A stretch of DNA of 64,000 bases, from NCBI GenBank assembly GCA_902592375.1, contig CACJEG010000003.1:21327-85326 (forward strand), given 5' to 3'. The notes beneath the pieces are model-generated. The model ran no database searches. It saw nothing but the letters and a program-made list of their open reading frames with translations, and had not been told where the DNA came from. Positions within the stretch are counted from its first letter, which is position 1. Each line of letters starts with the position of its first letter. This stretch comes from an uncultured Pelagibacteraceae bacterium (GTDB taxonomy: Bacteria; Pseudomonadota; Alphaproteobacteria; Pelagibacterales; Pelagibacteraceae). Positions 54,676 through 64,000 of the stretch are shown piece after piece. A program made the translations under genes and the position numbers.

Positions 54676-55464
54676 TTAACTTCCCCAAATATAAATTGCA
54701 GCAAACAAGAATAGCCACACTACGTCAACAAAATGCCAATACCAAGCAGCTGCTTCAAATCCAAAATGATGATCTTTAGTAAAATGACCAAGTCTTCCTC
54801 TCCACAAACATACTGCTAAAAATATTGTTCCAATTATTACGTGAAAACCATGAAAACCTGTCGCCATATAAAATACAGCTCCATAAATATGGCCAGAGTA
54901 AGTAAATGTAGCATGATGATATTCGTACGCTTGTAATAAAGTAAAAAAGAAACCAAGAATTACAGTTAGTGTTAATCCTTGTATAAATCCTTTTCTATCA
55001 TCTTCTAATAAAGCATGATGAGCCCAAGTAACAGTTGTTCCTGATAATAATAATACTAGAGTATTTATTAAAGGAATGTCCCAAGGATCAAATGTTTCAA
55101 TATCTTTTGGTGGCCATACGTTTCCAACAAATTCATTTGGAAATAAACTTATATCAAAGTAAGCCCAGAACCATGCAACAAAGAACATTACCTCTGAAGC
55201 AATAAATAGAGTCATTCCATATCTATGATGAATTTGGACAACTGGAGTATGATGGCCTTGATGCTCAGCTTCAATAACTACATCTCTGAACCACATGTAA
55301 GCACCATAAATTAATAAAGCTAAACCAAGATACATTCCCCAGGAAATACCGTTATGCATATAAAAAATTGCACCTATTGCTAATACTAAGCATGCAAACG
55401 ATGTATAGATTGGCCAAGGGCTTGGATCAACTAAGTGGTAATCGTGTTTTTTTTCTGCTGACAT
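54676..55464 (-). CDS. ctaE: Cytochrome c oxidase subunit III
   Basis: HDYHLVDPSPWP start, seven TM helices, and the WYWHFVDVVWLFLF C-terminal motif. Confidence 0.95.
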   Translation of the reverse strand: MSAEKKHDYHLVDPSPWPIYTSFACLVLAIGAIFYMHNGISWGMYLGLALLIYGAYMWFRDVVIEAEHQGHHTPVVQIHHRYGMTLFIASEVMFFVAWFWAYFDISLFPNEFVGNVWPPKDIETFDPWDIPLINTLVLLLSGTTVTWAHHALLEDDRKGFIQGLTLTVILGFFFTLLQAYEYHHATFTYSGHIYGAVFYMATGFHGFHVIIGTIFLAVCLWRGRLGHFTKDHHFGFEAAAWYWHFVDVVWLFLFAAIYIWGS

Positions 55465-55473
55465 TTTTCGTGA

Positions 55474-56007
55474 TTATGATTGTTTATAGTAATCTGTCGA
55501 GAAAAAAGTGTACGACATGGTTACATCTTTTAGATTTTTTGTAGTTGGATCGTTTACAAGTTCAGGGTCTAAATAAAAAGTCATCACATAAGTAGCCTTC
55601 TCACCAGCCTTCAACTCTTGTTTTTCAAAGCAAAAACATCCTAATTTACTGTAGTACTTGCCAAAACTAGCAGGTGAAACATTGAAGCTCGCTACTCCAA
55701 AAGTTGTATCATCACCATAGTTTTCTACCTCAAACTCTATTCTATTAACCTGGCCAACCTTAACATCAATTACATTCGATTTTGCTTTAAAGTCCCATTC
55801 TAGATTGTTTACATTTGTATCAAATCTAACACTTACTACTTTATCCAATACTATATCTGGAGCTTCTTTTGAAACCTGTGTTGTTCCCCCAAATCCAGTT
55901 ACTCTACAAAATAAATCATACAAAGGTACTGCAGCAAATGACAAACCTAGCATAAGGACAAAAATTCCTGCTAACAATATTGGGGTTAATGTTTTGCCTT
56001 TCATCAT
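55474..56007 (-). CDS. ctaG: Cytochrome c oxidase assembly protein CtaG/Cox11
   Basis: N-terminal anchor (VPLYDLFCRVTGFGGT) and the copper motif CFCF. Confidence 0.9.
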   Translation of the reverse strand: MMKGKTLTPILLAGIFVLMLGLSFAAVPLYDLFCRVTGFGGTTQVSKEAPDIVLDKVVSVRFDTNVNNLEWDFKAKSNVIDVKVGQVNRIEFEVENYGDDTTFGVASFNVSPASFGKYYSKLGCFCFEKQELKAGEKATYVMTFYLDPELVNDPTTKNLKDVTMSYTFFSTDYYKQS

Positions 56008-56129
56008 ATCTGCCTATCAAATACTCCGACGTTATAAAGTGTAAAAACAAATAAAAAAACCATAAAAGCTAAAATTGCTATCGCGGTTATTATATTTTTT
56101 TTCTTTGTTTTCTTGTCAGGCGTTATCAT
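56004..56129 (-). CDS. Small (41 aa) single-TM membrane protein between ctaB and ctaG
   Basis: This is my own translation. The ORF is below the ORF-track size cut-off. Sequence: MITPDKKTKKKNIITAIAILAFMVFLFVFTLYNVGVFDRQI. Its ATG overlaps the ctaB stop (ATGA) and its stop overlaps the ctaG ATG (ATGA). Confidence 0.45.
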   Translation of the reverse strand: MITPDKKTKKKNIITAIAILAFMVFLFVFTLYNVGVFDRQI

Positions 56130-57037
56130 AAAATTTTATCAATTAAAAAAAGAACAAAAATTAAAAATAGATATAAAATTGAATATCCAAAAATAGATTT
56201 TGCTTTTTTTGCATCAAATTTGTTTTTTTTAAATTTATAAAGTTCGAAACATAAATAATTATAATAAATTGTCAAAATTAATGATGGGATTAAAAAAGTT
56301 ATACCCACAAAGCCAATAGCATAAGGCAAAACAATTACTGGTAACATTGTTAAAGAATAGACAAGTATATTTAATTTTGTACTCTCAACACCATTTGTTA
56401 GCGGAAGCATTGGAATTTTTGCTTTTTTGTAATCATCTGATTTATACAAACTTAAAGCCCAAAAATGTGAAGGTGTCCAAAAGAATATAATCAAAAAGAA
56501 TGTAATTGGCTCAAAAGTTAAAGAATTGGTAGCTATAGTCCAACCAATCACTGGGGGTAATGCTCCTGCAGCTCCTCCTATCACTATATTTTGTGGGGTC
56601 TTTCTTTTTAACCAAATTGTATAAACAAACACATAAAACAAAATAGTAAACAGTAACAAGACAGCTGATATTCTATTTGAGTAAAAATCGAGCGCAATTA
56701 CAGAAAAAATCGAAAGAGAAATTCCAAATACTAGTGCTTGATTTCTATTTACCTTGCCTGTTGGAATTGGTCTTAAACAAGTTCTTGTCATAAGAGCATC
56801 TAAATCGGACTCGTACCACATATTTAAAGCCCCAGCCGCTCCTGCTCCAATTGAAACTAAAATTATTCCAATGATTGCATCTTTTGTTGGAATTATATTA
56901 GGAGCCATTAACAATCCAACTGCACATGTAAAGATAACCAAAGACATTACTCTTGGTTTCATTAATTTAAATAATTCAGATAAATTAAAGGCGTCTTCTT
57001 GGGATAAGTTTCTATTTTTTAATTTAGACTTAATCAT
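56126..57037 (-). CDS. ctaB: Protoheme IX farnesyltransferase (heme O synthase)
   Basis: UbiA-superfamily polytopic protein with MTRTCLRPIPTG and WTPSHFWAL motifs, located inside the cta cluster. Confidence 0.93.
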   Translation of the reverse strand: MIKSKLKNRNLSQEDAFNLSELFKLMKPRVMSLVIFTCAVGLLMAPNIIPTKDAIIGIILVSIGAGAAGALNMWYESDLDALMTRTCLRPIPTGKVNRNQALVFGISLSIFSVIALDFYSNRISAVLLLFTILFYVFVYTIWLKRKTPQNIVIGGAAGALPPVIGWTIATNSLTFEPITFFLIIFFWTPSHFWALSLYKSDDYKKAKIPMLPLTNGVESTKLNILVYSLTMLPVIVLPYAIGFVGITFLIPSLILTIYYNYLCFELYKFKKNKFDAKKAKSIFGYSILYLFLIFVLFLIDKIL

Positions 57038-57070
57038 TAATTTAAAATTAAAAAATCTTGTTTGCTATAT

Positions 57071-59522
<2,452 letters not shown>

Positions 59523-59583
59523 TTTTTTACCCTATATAGAGCGTCTTTTAAAAAAATACACTTTTACTTTTAGCGACAAAATA

Positions 59584-60282
59584 TCAATTAATGGCGTAAT
59601 TTATGATCGATAGAGCAGAAATTACAGCCGTTTCAGATCTCAATATGTTTTCATTGATTTTAATAGGCTGAACACCACTAAATTTAAGAATCTCTTCCCT
59701 CTCCTCCTCAGAAAAATCTCCCTCTGGCCCTATGATTACGCAAGTAGGTTTTATAGTTAATTTTTTAATGTCAATTTTTGTATTAGTAGTGTTGAGATCA
59801 GTAAAAATTAAATCCATATCATTATTTAGAAAGCTTTTTAATTTTTGAGGATCCTCAATTGATGGAACTGTTATTCTATTTGATTGTTCAGCAGCTTCTA
59901 TGATTACTTTTTCCAATCTCTCTTTATTTATTTTTCTAACAATTGTTCTTTCAAAGATAATTGGTAAAAACTTAGTTACACCAAGCTCCGTTGCTTTTTG
60001 GATCATGAAATTAAAGTAATTTGATTTTATTGGAGAAAAAGCTAACCAGAGTTCTTTGGTATTTTCTTTCTGTCTTAATTGCTTCGTAACGTTAAACTCC
60101 ACTATGCTTTTGGTTATATTTAAAATTTTAGCTTCCCATTCTCCACTATTATTAAATAAAGAAAAAACTTCATTTTCTTTAATTCTCATTACTTTAGAAA
60201 CATAATGAGATTGAGATTTATCAAGTTTGTCATTCAAATTAAGAGATAAACTTTTTGAATAAAATAATCTAATGTTACTCAT
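59584..60282 (-). CDS. rsmE: 16S rRNA (uracil1498-N3)-methyltransferase
   Basis: RsmE pattern (N-terminal RLFY..., AAEQSNR, IGPEGDFS..E). 232 aa. Confidence 0.88.
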   Translation of the reverse strand: MSNIRLFYSKSLSLNLNDKLDKSQSHYVSKVMRIKENEVFSLFNNSGEWEAKILNITKSIVEFNVTKQLRQKENTKELWLAFSPIKSNYFNFMIQKATELGVTKFLPIIFERTIVRKINKERLEKVIIEAAEQSNRITVPSIEDPQKLKSFLNNDMDLIFTDLNTTNTKIDIKKLTIKPTCVIIGPEGDFSEEEREEILKFSGVQPIKINENILRSETAVISALSIINYAIN

Positions 60283-60298
60283 ATTAATAAATTAGTTT

Positions 60299-60961
60299 AT
60301 GAAAAATATTAAAGCAATAATTTTTGACGCTTACGGAACTTTATTTGATGTCAATTCAGCTGCTGAGAAATGTAAAGATAAAATCGGTGATAAGTGGGAA
60401 GGTTTTGCTAATCATTGGAGAACTACACAATTAGAATATACTTGGCTAAGAAGTTTAATGAAACGTCACAAGGATTTTTGGCAAGTGACAGAGGATAGTT
60501 TGGATAAATCAATGAAAGCTTATGAGATAGACTCTTCAATGAAAAATGAGTTATTAGACCTTTATAAAATTCTTTCACCATTTAAAGAAGTTCCTAAAGT
60601 TTTAAAATCATTAAAAGAAAAAGATTTTAAACTTGCTATTCTTTCAAATGGTACTCCTTCCCTTCTTGAAGAATTGGTTAAGAGCAATAATTTAGAAAAT
60701 ATATTTGATAATATTTTTTCAATTGAAGAGGTCGGAGTTTATAAACCAGACTCTAAAGTTTACGATCTTCCAATAAAGCAATATCAAATTCGAACAAATG
60801 AAGTTGCTTTTTTGAGTGCAAATACTTGGGACGTTTCAGGTGGTGGAAACTATGGTTATAATTCTATTTGGGTTAATAGAAGCAACAATACTTTTGATAA
60901 TCTAGATTATGTCCCAAAACATCAAATCAAAGATCTTAGTAAGTTACTTGATATATTATAA
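60299..60961 (+). CDS. Haloacid dehalogenase, type II (HAD superfamily)
   Basis: IIFDAYGTLFDV nucleophile motif, the WR..QLEYTWLR cap region typical of L-2-haloacid dehalogenases, SNG, and KPD. Confidence 0.82.
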   Translation: MKNIKAIIFDAYGTLFDVNSAAEKCKDKIGDKWEGFANHWRTTQLEYTWLRSLMKRHKDFWQVTEDSLDKSMKAYEIDSSMKNELLDLYKILSPFKEVPKVLKSLKEKDFKLAILSNGTPSLLEELVKSNNLENIFDNIFSIEEVGVYKPDSKVYDLPIKQYQIRTNEVAFLSANTWDVSGGGNYGYNSIWVNRSNNTFDNLDYVPKHQIKDLSKLLDIL

Positions 60962-60981
60962 AAAATTATTATTTACGAAAT

Positions 60982-61818
60982 ATGAAAAATATTGAAGTTA
61001 GTAAAATTATTGATCCTATCCCTGCTTCTGATGGTGCAGGAGTTAAATTGAAAAGAAGTATTGGTGTTGAGCCAAATTACTTTGATCCTTTTTTAATGCT
61101 AGATGAATTTGGATCAGAAAATAGCGAGGATTATATTGCAGGTTTTCCACCCCACCCACATCGAGGAATTGAAACAGTTACTTATATGTTAGCTGGAGAT
61201 TTTGAACATAAAGATAGTACAGGTGGTGAAGGTAGAATGACTGCAGGAGATGTCCAGTGGATGAAAACAGGAAGTGGAATTATTCATTCTGAAATGCCTG
61301 CAATGAAAGAAGGAAGACTTCATGGATTTCAATTGTGGATTAACATGCCTGCTAAATTAAAAATGAGTAAACCTGAATACATTTATATTGATGCAGATAA
61401 AATGAGTGTTCACAAAGACGATGATAAACAAGTAAAAGTAATAGCTGGAAAATTTGAAAAAGCTGAAGGACCAGTAAAAGGTCATAACGTTGAGCCTGTT
61501 TATTTTGATGTTGAGCTAAATAAAGATAAAGAGTTTAATTTTAAATTACCATCTACTCACAATACGTTTGTTTATTTGATAAATGGTGAAATAGAAATTG
61601 GAAAAGAAAAACACAATCAAGTTATAGATAGTACTTTAATATTATTAACAAGGGGTGAAGATTTAAGTGTTAAGGCAAAATCAAATGCCAAGTTTTTAGT
61701 GATTTCGGGTAAACCAATAAATGAGGAAATAGCTAGAGGTGGACCATTTGTAATGAATACTAAAGCAGAAATCTTGCAAGCAGTTCAAGATTATCATAAT
61801 GGTACGTTTGTAAAATAA
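60982..61818 (+). CDS. Pirin-family protein
   Basis: GFPPHPHRGIETVTYML metal-binding motif and QWMKTGSGIIHSE. Bicupin length (278 aa). Confidence 0.92.
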   Translation: MKNIEVSKIIDPIPASDGAGVKLKRSIGVEPNYFDPFLMLDEFGSENSEDYIAGFPPHPHRGIETVTYMLAGDFEHKDSTGGEGRMTAGDVQWMKTGSGIIHSEMPAMKEGRLHGFQLWINMPAKLKMSKPEYIYIDADKMSVHKDDDKQVKVIAGKFEKAEGPVKGHNVEPVYFDVELNKDKEFNFKLPSTHNTFVYLINGEIEIGKEKHNQVIDSTLILLTRGEDLSVKAKSNAKFLVISGKPINEEIARGGPFVMNTKAEILQAVQDYHNGTFVK

Positions 61819-61821
61819 ATT

Positions 61822-62796
61822 ATGAAAGCTGTAGAAATCAATAAAACTGGTGGACCTGAAGTTTTAGAGGTTAAGGACATTTCGTTAGATAAACCTGGAC
61901 CAGATCAAGTAACCATTGAACAAAAAGCAATTGGTCTTAACTACATTGATACTTACCATAGATCAGGTCTCTACCCTTTAAAATTACCAATTGGTTTAGG
62001 TTTAGAAGGTGCTGGAGTTATTATTGATGTTGGAGATAACGTAAAAGACTTTAAAGTTGGTGATAAAATTTCTTATGCAGGTATTCCTTTAGGTTCCTAC
62101 TCTTCACACAGAAACTATCCAACTAAGAATTTAGTAAAAGTACCAGATGGTATTGATCTTGAGGTAGCTGCAACATTAATGACAAAAGGTTTAACAACAT
62201 TTTATCTTTTACATAAAACTTACCCGGTTAAATCTGGAGAAATAATTTTATTTCATGCAGCTGCTGGTGGTGTTGGTCAGATTTTTGGACAATGGGCAAA
62301 AAGTTTAGGATGTACTGTTATAGGCACAGTTGGATCAGATGAAAAAGTAAATATAGCAAAAGAAAACGGGTATGATCACGTAATAAATTACAATAAAGAA
62401 GATTTTGCAAAAAAAGTTTTAGAGATTACTGACGGTAAGGGTGTCCCAGTTGTTTATGATGGTGTCGGTAAAGATACACTGGATGGATCTATTGAATGTT
62501 TAGCTATTAGAGGAATGATGGTTTCTTTTGGAAATGCATCTGGACCCTTGTCAGATATTAATGTGCCAAAAGTTATTCAGCCAAAAGGCTTGTATCTTGT
62601 AAGACCCTCTATGCAACAATACCTTTCAACAAGAGAAGAATTAGAAGAAGCCTCAAAAACAATGTTTGAAAAAATTAGTTCTGGAAAAGTAAAAATTAAA
62701 ATTTTTAAAAAGTATAAGTTAGAAGAGGTGGTCCAAGCTCATAAGGATCTTGAAGGAAGAAAAATTTTAGGCCCAGCTGTTATAGTTCCTAATTAA
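61822..62796 (+). CDS. qor: NADPH:quinone oxidoreductase (zeta-crystallin-like MDR)
   Basis: MDR fold without zinc ligands. AAGGVG cofactor motif. 324 aa. Confidence 0.88.
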   Translation: MKAVEINKTGGPEVLEVKDISLDKPGPDQVTIEQKAIGLNYIDTYHRSGLYPLKLPIGLGLEGAGVIIDVGDNVKDFKVGDKISYAGIPLGSYSSHRNYPTKNLVKVPDGIDLEVAATLMTKGLTTFYLLHKTYPVKSGEIILFHAAAGGVGQIFGQWAKSLGCTVIGTVGSDEKVNIAKENGYDHVINYNKEDFAKKVLEITDGKGVPVVYDGVGKDTLDGSIECLAIRGMMVSFGNASGPLSDINVPKVIQPKGLYLVRPSMQQYLSTREELEEASKTMFEKISSGKVKIKIFKKYKLEEVVQAHKDLEGRKILGPAVIVPN

Positions 62797-63202
62797 CATC
62801 AACATCCATATCTGACATGTGCAGCTTAAGAGCATTTGTTGATATTTGAATTTCTCTTATAAAAAAAATAATAGAAATAATCATTGATAAACAACATGAA
62901 CCAAAAATTACTCTCGCGAGAAAGACTTCATCCAAATAAAGAGCAAATACAGTCAACATGTTAAACAAAAAACCGAATGCAGCAAATAATATTGTCCATC
63001 TTAAAAGAGTTATTCTGCCACTAAGATTAATGAACTGCTTTTTCCATTCAGGTGGAATATGTTTTTCATAAACATGCTCATCATGAAGCTGTCTAATTAA
63101 AATACTTAGAGAATGAAATCTGTTGCTATAAACTCCCATTAGCAATGGAATAGCAGGAAACATAAGCGCTGTTACTGTGTAATCTATATTCATACGAATC
63201 AA
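62789..63202 (-). CDS. DUF2721-like membrane protein
   Basis: 137 aa with three hydrophobic helices and an N-terminal ..AIPLLMGVYSNRFHSLSILIRQL pattern resembling DUF2721. The start may instead be at 63193. Confidence 0.5.
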   Translation of the reverse strand: MIRMNIDYTVTALMFPAIPLLMGVYSNRFHSLSILIRQLHDEHVYEKHIPPEWKKQFINLSGRITLLRWTILFAAFGFLFNMLTVFALYLDEVFLARVIFGSCCLSMIISIIFFIREIQISTNALKLHMSDMDVDVN

Positions 63203-63245
63203 TTTGATTATGAAACTAGGCTTTGTTATTTACAAGTAAAATATT

Positions 63246-64000
63246 ATGAACCAACTAAAACTTTTTATTGAATTAACCAGATTAAAAAAACCAATAGGGT
63301 TTATGTTATTGTTTTGGCCATGTGCTTGGGGACTTACTTTAGCTTTTGATTTCTCTAAAAATTTAAATATTTATTTATTTTATTTTGTTCTTTTTTTCTT
63401 AGGTTCTTTACTTATGAGATCTGCAGGATGTATAGTAAATGATATACTAGACAAAGAATTTGATGCAAGAGTATCTCGAACAAAAAATCGACCTATTGCA
63501 TCTGGAAAATTATCTGTAAAATTAGCAATTTTTTATTCAATAACATTATGCTTTTTAGCATTAATAGTTTTGATAAATTTTAATTTATTTACGATTATTT
63601 TAGCATTAGGTTCAATGCCTCTTGCATTTATTTACCCCTTGATGAAAAGATATACTTACTGGCCTCAATTATTTCTAGGTATTACCTTTAATTATGGGCT
63701 AATACTTGGCTGGACATCTGTTAGAGGTCAAATTGATTTAGTGGCAGTTCTTTTTTATATTGGGGCCATATTTTGGACATTGGGTTATGACACTATTTAC
63801 GGATATCAAGATATTAAAGATGATGAAATAATAGGGTTAAAGTCAACCTCAATAAAGTTTAAAAGATACGCAAAAGAGTTTTTACTTACATGTTATGTTT
63901 GTTTATTTACTCTATTTTTAATTGGAGGATATGTTATGAAAATACATTTTAGTTATTATATTCTTTTAATACTACCTTTGGTCCATTTGTTTTTTTACCA
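63246..64000 (+). CDS. ubiA: 4-hydroxybenzoate polyprenyltransferase (partial; continues past the window end)
   Basis: This is my own translation. The ORF is not in the track because it has no stop inside the window. It reads MNQLKLFIELTRLKKPIGFMLLFWPCAWG..., with Asp-rich motifs NDILDKEFDARV and YGYQDIKDDEIIGLKS. The frame is open to position 64000. Confidence 0.85.
   Translation, partial: MNQLKLFIELTRLKKPIGFMLLFWPCAWGLTLAFDFSKNLNIYLFYFVLFFLGSLLMRSAGCIVNDILDKEFDARVSRTKNRPIASGKLSVKLAIFYSITLCFLALIVLINFNLFTIILALGSMPLAFIYPLMKRYTYWPQLFLGITFNYGLILGWTSVRGQIDLVAVLFYIGAIFWTLGYDTIYGYQDIKDDEIIGLKSTSIKFKRYAKEFLLTCYVCLFTLFLIGGYVMKIHFSYYILLILPLVHLFFY

Overview
This window looks like a contiguous piece of a streamlined, very AT-rich marine alphaproteobacterial chromosome of the SAR11 / Candidatus Pelagibacter type. 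That assignment rests on gene content and synteny. No database search was possible. About 70 protein genes and one tRNA are packed almost end to end, and most intergenic gaps are 0-40 nt. The content is core housekeeping and bioenergetics:
- dnaG, carAB, trxB, aatA, and a uvrB-SDR-folB-uvrC-pgsA array.
- ilvE, a MarR/OmpR/EnvZ-type regulatory triad, lgt, prs, L25, pth and ychF.
- The cytochrome bc1 operon petABC, then hemF, greA, cca, tRNA-Gln and ispE.
- A UDG-like gene, rnhB, ccrM, mutY, a DUF721/DciA-like gene, dsbA and smc.
- The ATP synthase F0 operon.
- A retinal-biosynthesis operon (crtI-crtB-crtY-blh) running straight into ispH-thrB-rnhA.
- An aa3 cytochrome oxidase cluster (ctaC-ctaD-ctaB-ctaG-ctaE-surf1) continuing into thrC and a peroxiredoxin.
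- rsmE, a haloacid dehalogenase, pirin, qor, and the 5' part of ubiA.

I found no CRISPR array, transposase, integrase, phage gene, toxin-antitoxin pair or recognisable defence system. I cannot point to a convincing novel multi-gene system. The observations most worth a second look are:
1. DnaG has lost 3 of its 4 zinc ligands.
2. A family-4-like UDG has lost 3 of 4 Fe-S cysteines and the motif-B histidine.
3. The SMC is short (857 aa) and has no recognisable hinge domain.
4. Three GANTC sites are clustered directly upstream of ccrM.
5. tRNA-Gln lies 3 nt upstream of the cca start codon.
6. Two conserved genes (dnaG and a DUF185 methyltransferase) are each split by a single-base frame change in short A runs.
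7. All nine convergent gene pairs overlap at their 3' ends.
8. An uncharacterised ELM1-like plus 2OG-oxygenase-like gene pair sits between carB and trxB.
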